Shown here one piece after another: positions 49,025-58,283 of a stretch of DNA of 64,000 nucleotides. Below the pieces are notes generated by a model. The model searched no databases. It had not been told where the DNA came from and saw nothing but the letters and a program-made list of their open reading frames with translations. A program made the position numbers and the translations under genes. The stretch is from a virus: the IMG/VR virus record IMGVR_UViG_3300025015_000001. One strand, given 5' to 3'. Each line of letters begins with the position of its first letter. The stretch's first letter is position 1.

Positions 49025-50260
49025 TTGGCTAACCGTGGTACTGATGGCTTTTATAGCAGTGAAGAAATGGAGTTGATTAAAGAGTTACTTAATAAAGAAT
49101 ATGCCTATAGAGAGGTGGCCGAAGAGGTATCTATGCGGCTAAGTGTGGCGAGGACTAGGAATGGGATTAGAAAACATGTGAATAGAAATAGAAATTACTA
49201 TGATAAACCGTTTAAGAAAACGGAGAAGAAAGTAGTTTCTGTAGAAGAAAAAATAGATTTTGAAAAAGAAGTAGAAGACGATATCATACAAAGGCGCTTG
49301 CGAGATGATAAAAAGAACACTGATCAGAAGTACAAAATACTTTTGAGTAGAATAGATAAGGTAGAAAAAGAACGAGATGCTTTACTACAACTAGGGCAAA
49401 ACTTTAAAACCTATTCAATAGAGCATGATACAATGCTAAAATCAGAGGCCACTGCATTTATGCTGGCATCAGATTGGCACATAGCAGAAAGAATTGATTC
49501 CCATAAGGTAAATGGACTTAACGAATATAATCTAACAATTGCCAAGAAACGTGCTGAAACATTCTTTAGAAATGGCCTTAGATTACTTAAACTACAACAA
49601 AGAGACGTTACGATAAACACTCTTGTCTTAGCTTTGCTGGGGGATTTCATTTCAAATAATATCCATCCGGAGTTGATGGAAAGCAACTATCTTCTTCCCA
49701 TTGAAGAGGCTATATTTGTACAAAATTTGTTAGCTTCTGGTATAGAGTTTCTATTAGAAGATAAATCATTAGAACATATAATTGTCCCATGCCACTCAGG
49801 TAATCATGGCCGTCAAACAATTGACAGAAGAATATCTACTGAAGCTGGTAATAGTTTAGAGTATTTTATATACCATCAGATAGCCAACCATTTTAGAAAT
49901 GAACCGCGTGTTACTTTCCTTATTGCAGAAGGTTACCATTCCTATATAGACGTGTATTCATACAAAGTTCGTATGCATCATGGTCACTGTATTCAATACA
50001 GCGGTGGGATTTTAGGACTATCTGTACCTGTTAATAAAGCAGTTAGTCAGTGGGATAAATTACAAAGGGCGGACCTTGATTGCTTTGGGCATTATCATAG
50101 CTTCTTAGACGGCGGTAAATTTATATCTAATGGAAGTTTAATAGGCTACTCACCTTTTGCTCTTTCAATTAAAGCAAATTTTGAGCCACCAAAACAAGCA
50201 TTTTTTCTAATAGATAAAAAAAGATTTAAAACAATTGTAGCCCCAATACTTTTTGTATAG
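49025..50260 (+). CDS. Calcineurin-like metallophosphoesterase with N-terminal HTH-like/coiled-coil region
   Basis: SDWH, LGD, SGNHG, HHGH, FGHYH; AAGGAG then TTG 49025 (track start lies upstream of the promoter). Confidence 0.8.
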   Translation: MANRGTDGFYSSEEMELIKELLNKEYAYREVAEEVSMRLSVARTRNGIRKHVNRNRNYYDKPFKKTEKKVVSVEEKIDFEKEVEDDIIQRRLRDDKKNTDQKYKILLSRIDKVEKERDALLQLGQNFKTYSIEHDTMLKSEATAFMLASDWHIAERIDSHKVNGLNEYNLTIAKKRAETFFRNGLRLLKLQQRDVTINTLVLALLGDFISNNIHPELMESNYLLPIEEAIFVQNLLASGIEFLLEDKSLEHIIVPCHSGNHGRQTIDRRISTEAGNSLEYFIYHQIANHFRNEPRVTFLIAEGYHSYIDVYSYKVRMHHGHCIQYSGGILGLSVPVNKAVSQWDKLQRADLDCFGHYHSFLDGGKFISNGSLIGYSPFALSIKANFEPPKQAFFLIDKKRFKTIVAPILFV

Positions 50261-50268
50261 GAGGTGTG

Positions 50269-50580
50269 ATGGATAAACCTGATGGTGGTCTTGATATAGT
50301 TAGCACAGAGATTAACCAGAAAAAGAATGACTTTACTATTAAAATTTTATTTAAAGATAATAAAAATAATTTATGGGTGCTGCCCACATGGTTTACTTAT
50401 GGGCATTTAACACCATTTAGTTATGAGTTATGGGAGCAAGAGGTGCATAGTATTTTAGAAAAGAGAAAGTTTAAACTTACATTAGATACAGAACAGCTTA
50501 AACTTTGTTACGCTATGCAGCCAATACCTAAAATTGCTGTAGAAGAACTTATCACCATAAACACTAAGGTCTATTATTAA
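50269..50580 (+). CDS. Hypothetical protein
   Basis: GGAGG RBS. Confidence 0.65.
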   Translation: MDKPDGGLDIVSTEINQKKNDFTIKILFKDNKNNLWVLPTWFTYGHLTPFSYELWEQEVHSILEKRKFKLTLDTEQLKLCYAMQPIPKIAVEELITINTKVYY

Positions 50581-50599
50581 ATAGATGTAGGAGGATAAA

Positions 50600-51001
50600 A
50601 TGAATAAATTATTACTTATATTTATGCTATTATTTATTCCTGTTACTGGATTTTGTAAGGAAATAAAAGCGCCTGAAAAGGTGGTTAAAGAATTTTATGC
50701 TAGTATAAGACAGCAAGATGATGCTTCTTTAGAAAAAGCATATGCAATGTTAGCTAAGAATCATACGGTATTAGATATAGATACATTTAAACATGTTGTA
50801 TTATCTTTTAGTAAAGATATGACCGTGACTATAGTAAGCAAGAAAATAGTAAGTTCCTACGCGATAGTCACTATTAAGTGTACAGTACCATCATATGTTG
50901 GTGGGGCACTTGAAGTATTATCGGATGTTCATCTGATTCTTGATAAGGATACTGACTCATGGGGGATACGATTAGATGCTGATGCGGAGAGTGATATTTA
51001 A
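50600..51001 (+). CDS. Signal-peptide-bearing NTF2-like (DUF4878-like) protein
   Basis: Hydrophobic N-terminus; PEKVVKEFY...AY..L pattern. Confidence 0.55.
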   Translation: MNKLLLIFMLLFIPVTGFCKEIKAPEKVVKEFYASIRQQDDASLEKAYAMLAKNHTVLDIDTFKHVVLSFSKDMTVTIVSKKIVSSYAIVTIKCTVPSYVGGALEVLSDVHLILDKDTDSWGIRLDADAESDI

Positions 51002-51443
51002 TTATATAATAGTTGCTTGCCTGCAATTCAATACATCGATAGCTTCTATCCCCAAATACTCACAGCTATCTGATGTTAGTGAAAAACTTTCTATAGAACA
51101 TCATAATAAGGCACTGTACTACGATGAAGAGGGAATTTTTGATAGAGCTTCAGTAGAATACAAAAAAGCATTACTACACAATCCAGATAATATTAATAGT
51201 CTTTTTAACTTGGGATTAATTTATTTAAAAGTAAATAACCCAGCAGAAGCGGTAGTTATTTTAAAAAGATTAATATTATTGGCACCATACGACTATGAAG
51301 CATATAATTTACTGGGTATCGCTTATAGTGGTGTTGGAGATAAATCTGCTGCTATAGACATATGGAATAAATCTTTACTGATAAATAAAGAGCAACCTGA
51401 TGTATTGAATATGCTTAATGAATTTACTAAACTTAGTAAGTAA
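50976..51443 (+). CDS. TPR-repeat protein, probably exported
   Basis: About 3 TPRs (SLFNLGLIY, AYNLLGIAY); hydrophobic N-terminus. Confidence 0.85.
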   Translation: MLMRRVIFNYIIVACLQFNTSIASIPKYSQLSDVSEKLSIEHHNKALYYDEEGIFDRASVEYKKALLHNPDNINSLFNLGLIYLKVNNPAEAVVILKRLILLAPYDYEAYNLLGIAYSGVGDKSAAIDIWNKSLLINKEQPDVLNMLNEFTKLSK

Positions 51444-51449
51444 AGGTGA

Positions 51450-52022
51450 ATGATGGGGTATACAGAAGATGTAGCAGAAGAGACTATAGAGTATAGTACA
51501 GACAAAATTCAGGTGGAGCTATTTGAGGATAGAAAAATAATACTCAACGGTGATGTAACAAACGATATCATATATACTATTTTTCACAATATGGAGCTAA
51601 TGAAAAAGGATAGTAAGAAGAGTCCAATTCACCTTTATATCAATTCTTCTGGTGGGGATATTACTACTGCATTTTTTGTCATTTCATATATCTTGTCTTC
51701 TACAACCCCTGTGTATACTTACTGTATGGGTATGGCTGGAAGTGCCGCTGCTTTTCTATTAGTTAGTGGGCATAAAAGATTCGCTTATAAGTACTCAAAC
51801 GTCATGCTTCATTTGGTTCGTATGGAAGGGGAAGTTTCAACTAAAAGAAAAGATCTTATGGCCCAAGGGCATGGATTAAAATTACTAGACGATAGCATCT
51901 ATGATTTACTTGTTAGTAAAACCAACATGACTAAACACAAGCTTAGAAATAAAATGGAGACAGATTGGTATATCAGTGCTAAAGAAGCCCTTAAGTATGG
52001 TATAATAGATGATATTCTTTAA
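51450..52022 (+). CDS. clpP: ClpP-like serine protease
   Basis: LYINSSGG, GMAGSAA (Ser), VMLH (His), TDWY (Asp), EALKYGIID. Confidence 0.9.
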   Translation: MMGYTEDVAEETIEYSTDKIQVELFEDRKIILNGDVTNDIIYTIFHNMELMKKDSKKSPIHLYINSSGGDITTAFFVISYILSSTTPVYTYCMGMAGSAAAFLLVSGHKRFAYKYSNVMLHLVRMEGEVSTKRKDLMAQGHGLKLLDDSIYDLLVSKTNMTKHKLRNKMETDWYISAKEALKYGIIDDIL

Positions 52023-52210
52023 TAATATCTATTATTAGTTTCCCAATATTTACCTTCTTTTCCGCATGAGGTTGGGGAAAGTCTTTGTGTAGAACAATAG
52101 TATTTAGGAGCACCCATAGAATTTAATTCTTTACTGCATTTAGCAAATCTAGAATCTTTATCATAGGGCACATAATATTTACAGTTTCTACATCTTCTGA
52201 TCTCAGTCAA
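52019..52210 (-). CDS. Small Cys-rich protein
   Basis: CRNC...C...C...CGKEG; AAGGAG RBS. Confidence 0.65.
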   Translation of the reverse strand: MTEIRRCRNCKYYVPYDKDSRFAKCSKELNSMGAPKYYCSTQRLSPTSCGKEGKYWETNNRYY

Positions 52211-52233
52211 TGATTTCTCCTTAAATATTTGTA

Positions 52234-52437
52234 TTATACTCCTGGTTTTATCTCTTCAGTTGATCTTTTAAATTCACTTTTTTGTTCTTCGCTTCTTAGA
52301 AATACCCCACACTCTTCACAGTAATAATTAAAATATGTTTTGTACTGTCTACCGCCGTCTTCTAGTACTATAGGAATAACGGATGAGGACTCAGTGCTAT
52401 TTTTTAGACAATTACAAACTGGACAATATAACTGCAT
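52234..52437 (-). CDS. Zn-ribbon protein
   Basis: CPVC...CEEC; AGGAG before ATG 52437. Confidence 0.65.
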   Translation of the reverse strand: MQLYCPVCNCLKNSTESSSVIPIVLEDGGRQYKTYFNYYCEECGVFLRSEEQKSEFKRSTEEIKPGV

Positions 52438-52447
52438 ATCTACACTC

Positions 52448-52636
52448 CTATTTATGTTTTTTTGATTTAAAAAATATTTTATTATGTGTAACACAATCTA
52501 TGTAAGGAGCTAGATCTCCTATAGATAAAAAAGATTTAACTAATAGATTTGTTAGTGCCCTCATTTCTATCCCATGATCAGGAGACTTAGTTACTTGACG
52601 TATTATCTTATTGAGATGATACTGTTTTATTGGCAT
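52448..52636 (-). CDS. Hypothetical protein
   Basis: AGGA RBS, packed operon. Confidence 0.55.
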   Translation of the reverse strand: MPIKQYHLNKIIRQVTKSPDHGIEMRALTNLLVKSFLSIGDLAPYIDCVTHNKIFFKSKKHK

Positions 52637-52677
52637 TTATTCCTTCCTATTAAGTTTATTTACTTATACAAAGATAG

Positions 52678-52899
52678 CTAAAGTATGCCGCTTTTCTTTA
52701 GCTTTTCCACTAGGCTATCCTTATCTGTTTTAATATAGTCATCAAACAGTAAATCAGTTATAAGTTTTTTATTTTTAGTAAATTCTAACAACATATAGCG
52801 TTTACCCAAACCAACTCCTATTTTTATTCCGTAGTACATACCAACCAATAATGCTAAAGTAAGTATTAGCATCTCAAATATTATTGTATACCAATTCAT
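52678..52899 (-). CDS. Small membrane protein
   Basis: One N-terminal hydrophobic helix. Confidence 0.65.
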   Translation of the reverse strand: MNWYTIIFEMLILTLALLVGMYYGIKIGVGLGKRYMLLEFTKNKKLITDLLFDDYIKTDKDSLVEKLKKSGIL

Positions 52900-52917
52900 A
52901 CAAACCCCCCTAATAAT

Positions 52918-54009
52918 TTATAGTCGAGGATCTATTTCTCTTGCACCGTAGTCTACCGCCATGCAGGCTATTATGAATTTATGATAAGCTTCAAATTTAT
53001 CGGGATTATTTAGATAAACTTTAAGAGCATTATCACTTAGTATAGTCTCATAATAAGCAATTTTCATTTTTCTATCTAGTCTTCTATTATGTTTTAATTT
53101 TTCTAATATTTCAGGTTCTTGATAATTAGCTCCATATATTATTTTGAGGTAGTCGCTACTTCGTACTTTTAGTTGTTGCTGTGGATATTTTGTGTTAGAG
53201 TATTGATGTACATTATTATATTTCAATACGAATCCTTCATATTTAAATTTATCTGTAATAGTATACCATAAAGAATTTAATATGTCAAGTTGATCTTTAC
53301 TAATAACTTCTGAAAATACGTATTGATAATAATTTTTGTTTTCAAAAATACTGCCCAAAGCTACCAGGTGTTCTTTATGAGTTTTATATACATTTTTGCC
53401 CATTCTATTTCCTATAGCTAATATAAAGAATGGAGCTATTCTAATATTATCTATGTTAACATCCCAACAATATCTTTTAATCACTTCGATATAGTCTTTT
53501 AAATTGCTGATATCATTATTTAAGTTAGCATCATTTAGATAGTTGTTTAGTTCTTTTTTAGTGACTAGACCGCTGTATCCTGCTAGTAAAAAATCTTCTT
53601 CTACTAATCCTGCGGCTTTAAAATTCCAAGGAAGTACTTCCGCATCTATACATATAAAATCCTCCTCTATCTTTTCAAATATATCTTTATTCATTTGATC
53701 TAGTAATGGTTCATATTCTTTACCAAAAAAAGTAAATCCATTTCTAGACCACGCCACAGACTCACCGTCCCTCCAAAATGCAAATGTACATCGACTACCC
53801 ATGTGCTTTACTTCAGCAATCAACTCAGTACTAGGCTCATCTGAATTATTAAACATCCATTCCGCAGTAGTAATAGGATCCTCCATATATTGAGGGAGGT
53901 CTGATACTGGACCTGGACACATTGTCGGTGACAACCATATAAGTTTATTTGGTGGTATTGTTTTTGTTGATAGCTTATTTATAATGTCTTGTACTATTTC
54001 AATTTTCAT
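52918..54009 (-). CDS. pnkp: Stand-alone Pnkp-type RNA ligase (adenylyltransferase) domain
   Basis: WLSPTMCP, EVKHMGSR (motif I Lys), DAEVLPW, EGFVLK, KVR..DYLKIIYG, terminal IDPRL; own AAGGAG RBS and in-frame upstream stop. Confidence 0.9.
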   Translation of the reverse strand: MKIEIVQDIINKLSTKTIPPNKLIWLSPTMCPGPVSDLPQYMEDPITTAEWMFNNSDEPSTELIAEVKHMGSRCTFAFWRDGESVAWSRNGFTFFGKEYEPLLDQMNKDIFEKIEEDFICIDAEVLPWNFKAAGLVEEDFLLAGYSGLVTKKELNNYLNDANLNNDISNLKDYIEVIKRYCWDVNIDNIRIAPFFILAIGNRMGKNVYKTHKEHLVALGSIFENKNYYQYVFSEVISKDQLDILNSLWYTITDKFKYEGFVLKYNNVHQYSNTKYPQQQLKVRSSDYLKIIYGANYQEPEILEKLKHNRRLDRKMKIAYYETILSDNALKVYLNNPDKFEAYHKFIIACMAVDYGAREIDPRL

Positions 54010-54156
54010 TAGTAAGCTCCTTTACTTCTTGTCTAAGTTTTCCTTTTAATTTATTACGGTTCTGCTTATCATATTTACTATCCATAACTCCAGCCGAGTT
54101 TCTAAATTTAGCAGCTTCTACTAGTGGATTTCTAATTTTTATTTTTTATTCTTCAT
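53999..54156 (-). pseudogene. Small basic ORF with a 1-nt frameshift in an A-run
   Basis: ATG AAG AAT AAA AAA TAA; one more A gives MKNKKIKIRNPLVEAAKFRNSAG...KELTNEN*. Confidence 0.45.
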
Positions 54157-54481
54157 TTAATATCAACTCTTTTTTTGGAAATTCTTTTATAATATCATTA
54201 TAGAATTTATTAGCGAAATTATTTATTATGGTATCCAGTTGCGATGGTTTATACATACTAATGTTTTTTTCTACTATGTCTAACCAGCAGTCAAATTTAA
54301 AATCCCATTTATTTTCTATTGTAATAAAATTTAGCTTATGTATACTCTCGTACTCTGTCAATTCTTTATTCACCCCAAAAGAGGATAAAGCTGATGTTAG
54401 AGCGGGACTATGCGACCTATGTGTACGTAAAGTCTCTCTTTTTAGATTGTACCATTTGTGCATAAGATTTTCTGTTAACAT
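54146..54481 (-). CDS. Hypothetical protein
   Basis: Packed operon ORF. Confidence 0.65.
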   Translation of the reverse strand: MLTENLMHKWYNLKRETLRTHRSHSPALTSALSSFGVNKELTEYESIHKLNFITIENKWDFKFDCWLDIVEKNISMYKPSQLDTIINNFANKFYNDIIKEFPKKELILNEE

Positions 54482-54838
54482 TTACTCTCCTTTGTCTACC
54501 ATAAATTTTAGTTGCTTATTTCTTAGGTTGGTAATTTTAATTGCGTCTTCTAATTGTAATTCCTTAAAATCATTTAATATATAAGTAAATATTAATAATA
54601 AACTCTTATTTTCATAAATAACTGGCCCACTCAACCTAGGCGAAATAGAATGTCCTATAATACTGCTGCTGGCCATACACATCGTATCAATATTAAAATT
54701 TACACCATCAACTAAAAATCTAAATTCACTATCTAAAGGAACATAGTCCACATCTGTATTGTCATGAACATTTTTACATATCTCTTTTATGCACCTTTTG
54801 CAAACTTCCCATTTCTCTAAATAAGATTCACTATTCAT
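54482..54838 (-). CDS. EL.LED motif family protein
   Basis: WEVCKRCIKEIC; ELQLEDAIKIT. Confidence 0.7.
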   Translation of the reverse strand: MNSESYLEKWEVCKRCIKEICKNVHDNTDVDYVPLDSEFRFLVDGVNFNIDTMCMASSSIIGHSISPRLSGPVIYENKSLLLIFTYILNDFKELQLEDAIKITNLRNKQLKFMVDKGE

Positions 54839-55209
54839 ATATATTCCTCCACATAATTAGGGTAGTAAGAGGTAGTATATATTATTTTTTTAATATTCTT
54901 TTCCCTTATAAGTATTTGACAAAATATACAAGGTTTACATATAGCCAATTCGCCATTCTTATTTTCTCTATAAACATATAAAGTTCCTCCGGCGGAGTTA
55001 CCTGCTTTTAACAAACAATCTATTTCAGCGTGAACAGAGTTTTGCCATCTACTGTATTGTCTATGTCTGTTGTGTCTAAGTTTATTAAAACCAGTACTTA
55101 CTACCTTTCCTTTATTCACAAGTATTGCTCCTATCTTAACTTTGTAATGATTTGATTTTTTGCTTTCTATTTTTGCTTTGTTAAGATAGTATAATATAGG
55201 GGTTTTCAT
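54835..55209 (-). CDS. Zn-dependent cytidine/dCMP-deaminase-fold protein
   Basis: HAE...KPCIFC. Confidence 0.85.
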   Translation of the reverse strand: MKTPILYYLNKAKIESKKSNHYKVKIGAILVNKGKVVSTGFNKLRHNRHRQYSRWQNSVHAEIDCLLKAGNSAGGTLYVYRENKNGELAICKPCIFCQILIREKNIKKIIYTTSYYPNYVEEYI

Positions 55210-55844
55210 GATTTAAAATCTCTACATTTTATTTTAGTTATAATACGATGGCCTCCGCGTGTAAAAAGTTCTATGACAGGACGTGCTACTATTCCCTCTG
55301 CTTTAAAATTTCCATATGTAGATTGCATACCAGTTTTAGCTAAAGTTACTGCATCATCTAAAGTTCCTGCTCCTATAATAGGGACTATTTCTAAGTTTAG
55401 TTTATTAGCAATATTTTCTACATCTTTACGCTGAAGCCACCACTCACCAATTTTAATATCGAATAAAACAAACTTTTGAACAGTAGAATAGCCTCCCCCA
55501 GATTGGATACCTGCGCCTATTCCTTCTCCATACAGACATATGTTGCATGGAGCGCCTTCTTCTATTCTAAATATTTCTTTGAATTTATTTTCCAATGGAA
55601 GAAAGAATGAATTAAGGTTATTTAATAATTTGGCGGGGATACTAGCATTATCTGTCTTCCCACCAAATGTTATACGATTACCATCATATAGAGTTCTTAT
55701 GCACATTCCATCAAGCTTCTCACTAAAAGACCACATGTTATTTTTAAGATATTCAAATTCAGGAATAGAATAATATCCCTCTAGTATTTTCTTAGTATGC
55801 TCATCCCTTTTGTATATTGTATTAATTTTATGGTATTCTCTCAT
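55206..55844 (-). CDS. Rnl2-type RNA ligase
   Basis: FSEKLDG, YGEGIG, FVLFDI, AEGIV, ITKIK. Confidence 0.85.
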   Translation of the reverse strand: MREYHKINTIYKRDEHTKKILEGYYSIPEFEYLKNNMWSFSEKLDGMCIRTLYDGNRITFGGKTDNASIPAKLLNNLNSFFLPLENKFKEIFRIEEGAPCNICLYGEGIGAGIQSGGGYSTVQKFVLFDIKIGEWWLQRKDVENIANKLNLEIVPIIGAGTLDDAVTLAKTGMQSTYGNFKAEGIVARPVIELFTRGGHRIITKIKCRDFKS

Positions 55845-56155
55845 CCCAACCTCCCATGTAGTTTGTTATGGCAATCATCACATACTATTATTCCTATATT
55901 ATTATCATGCTGATATTTTAATACATCTACTATAACATTTTTAATAAAATCTCTATTGCGCAAACCTAAGTTTGTAAACTTTAATTTAGCATTTTTTATT
56001 AACATGTTTAATTCTATCATATGGTGTACTTGTTTTTCTTCGAGGAGTAAATAGGCACCGCACTCCCTGCAAGTATCGTTACTAATTTTTAATTCGTTTT
56101 TCCAATTTTTGTAAGCACTATTATCTTTAATTTTTTGTCTGATAGATGCACTCAT
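55841..56155 (-). CDS. HNH endonuclease
   Basis: CRECG...QVHH...N...CDDCHNKLH. Confidence 0.8.
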   Translation of the reverse strand: MSASIRQKIKDNSAYKNWKNELKISNDTCRECGAYLLLEEKQVHHMIELNMLIKNAKLKFTNLGLRNRDFIKNVIVDVLKYQHDNNIGIIVCDDCHNKLHGRLG

Positions 56156-56379
56156 ATTTTATTATATTCTCTAGTAAGTTTTATCATAGATTCTAATGAC
56201 AATTCAAGTTCATTATTAAGAGTCATATTATATACGTAACAGATTGCATCTTCATACGTATTGAATTTATTCCGGTTCTCATGAGTCTCTTTATCGTACC
56301 ATACTCTAAAGTACTGCTGGAAGCTGTTTGGGCATACGGTGCTTATTTCTACTTCTGGTAGATTAAAATATGGTCCCAT
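56152..56379 (-). CDS. EL.LED motif family protein
   Basis: FNTYEDAICY...ELELSLESMIKLT. Confidence 0.7.
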   Translation of the reverse strand: MGPYFNLPEVEISTVCPNSFQQYFRVWYDKETHENRNKFNTYEDAICYVYNMTLNNELELSLESMIKLTREYNKI

Positions 56380-56381
56380 TA

Positions 56382-56603
56382 TTACGCCGCCTTTAATTTA
56401 TTATATTCCTTAGTAAGTTTTATCATAGATTCTAACGATAGTTCTAGGGCATTATTATACACCATATTATAGATGTAACAAATTGCATCTTCATACGTAT
56501 TAAACTGCCTGTACTGTGCAGATACGAGATACAACATATAGTTATTAGCTACTGTGTCCCACGCTAGCGTAAGTTCAGGCACTATAAATGCTTTCCACAT
56601 CAT
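56382..56603 (-). CDS. EL.LED motif family protein (paralog of 56152..56379)
   Basis: C-terminal half near-identical to its neighbour at DNA level. Confidence 0.7.
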   Translation of the reverse strand: MMWKAFIVPELTLAWDTVANNYMLYLVSAQYRQFNTYEDAICYIYNMVYNNALELSLESMIKLTKEYNKLKAA

Positions 56604-57973
56604 AGCCTCAAATTAATAATTTCGCCTCTATGATTTTCTACTTCTATCATAGAAGTATTTATCATATCCTGAATTGTTAAATCTGTATTCTCCTGTATCT
56701 CAAACAACTCAGGTTTACTACCATCATAAATTTGCTTAGATTTTACTTGTACTATTTCTTTCGCAGGAAAAGAATAAGAACTTAGCATTCCCCCGAAAAC
56801 CGCGCCAGTGTCGATGTTGATTGCGTTCTTATACTTTTTGGGGGATACCCCGCATACCGCATGACCAAAGACTACAAACGGACCAGTATAGGACCTCGCC
56901 CAATCAATTCTTATTGGGTGACCATTATCATCTTCTCCTTGGGTAGGACCATACATACAATAATCTGATATGTCTCTATGATATTTTCCTATAAATTTTT
57001 TATTAAACGCACCATGAGTTACTACTATCTCTTCTCCATTAGTATGCTTAAAATGATAATAAGATTTTAAATTCTTATACATAAACTCTCTTAAAGATTC
57101 TTTAGCTTCTTCCGGAATTTGATCTATTGTTTTCTGTAGGCCGTCCGCTATCCTAACTTTTCTTCCTGATAGCCATCTCATAAGTTTATTATCATGATTG
57201 CTCATGACCCACCATCCGGTGTTATTTTCCATCATATGTCTAGCCAGTTCTAAACACCGCCAATTATCCGGGCCACGATCTGCAATGTCCCCAACAAATA
57301 CTATCTTACGCCCACTAGGGTGCCATATTTTTTGCCCACCTATTATGTACCCTAACTTACCGAGTAATTCATTAAGCTCTGAGAACGTTCCATGAACATC
57401 TCCTATTATGTCTATTCCGTGGTCTATATTAATTATATTATTTGTATCTAATAATTCTACAGTAATTTCATCTTCTGGGTTTACTATGAAAACATTATTT
57501 TGTTTTTCGAGGAAAGAATATGCAGACTTAAATCTTGTTGCGTGTTTTTTGACCACGCTTTCCCCTACTTTAGCAAACTCATCCCTAAGATTGTCTCTTT
57601 CAATACAAGTTTCTAGTGGAGTATTCATTACTATATAATATATAGGAACATGACTAGCCTTAGCTATTTCCTCTAGTTTGTGTCTAGACTCAGGGCTAAG
57701 ATTAGTAGCATTAGCTACTGTAAGTTGATTATGCTTTAACTTAGCTTCTATCATTGCGTGGAAAATAGTGAAAGCGCCATCGTTAAATTTTTGTAATTCT
57801 TGTTGTGTGAGATTATTATATTCTGTATGTAACATTATTCTACACTTATCTGATGATACTATTGCATTAATATTTCTTACAGATTTAAAATATTTATTAG
57901 CAAAGTAGTCTTTACCGCTACCAGAAATACCTACCATTGCTATTAAAGAATTATTTGGTATTTTTATTAGCAT
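56600..57973 (-). CDS. pnkp: Pnkp kinase plus metallophosphoesterase half (no ligase domain)
   Basis: P-loop GISGSGK, SSD.CR; GDVHG, GDIADRG, NHD, HG, FGH, IDTG. Confidence 0.9.
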   Translation of the reverse strand: MLIKIPNNSLIAMVGISGSGKDYFANKYFKSVRNINAIVSSDKCRIMLHTEYNNLTQQELQKFNDGAFTIFHAMIEAKLKHNQLTVANATNLSPESRHKLEEIAKASHVPIYYIVMNTPLETCIERDNLRDEFAKVGESVVKKHATRFKSAYSFLEKQNNVFIVNPEDEITVELLDTNNIINIDHGIDIIGDVHGTFSELNELLGKLGYIIGGQKIWHPSGRKIVFVGDIADRGPDNWRCLELARHMMENNTGWWVMSNHDNKLMRWLSGRKVRIADGLQKTIDQIPEEAKESLREFMYKNLKSYYHFKHTNGEEIVVTHGAFNKKFIGKYHRDISDYCMYGPTQGEDDNGHPIRIDWARSYTGPFVVFGHAVCGVSPKKYKNAINIDTGAVFGGMLSSYSFPAKEIVQVKSKQIYDGSKPELFEIQENTDLTIQDMINTSMIEVENHRGEIINLRL

Positions 57974-58283
57974 TCTTTATCCCCTGTTTAATTTTAGTTA
58001 ACTGTAGCGCACTTTCAAAATCTAATTCTTTCTTAAATTTTTTGTCTATGTAATCAATACATTCTTTTAATGTATCAAAATTTTTATGCGGGACATAACG
58101 AAGTGCGTCAGCTGTTTTTAAATATAGTCTAAATTTGTTTGCCATAACACCCCATTCACATTTCGGGAATACTAAGATGTTAGTTATCCAAATAAGCCAA
58201 GTAGGACTGTTAATATCTTTGGTCTTATCTTTATACTCATCACATAAATATTTAGGACATTTTTTACAAGTTTCCCATTTCAT
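57951..58283 (-). CDS. EL.LED motif family protein
   Basis: WETCKKCPKYLC; ELDFESALQLT. Confidence 0.7.
   Translation of the reverse strand: MKWETCKKCPKYLCDEYKDKTKDINSPTWLIWITNILVFPKCEWGVMANKFRLYLKTADALRYVPHKNFDTLKECIDYIDKKFKKELDFESALQLTKIKQGIKNANKNTK

Noticed and set aside
52019-52022. Terminator at the convergence of the + and - gene blocks
   Set aside because: The stop codons overlap (TTAA) with no intergenic space or hairpin.
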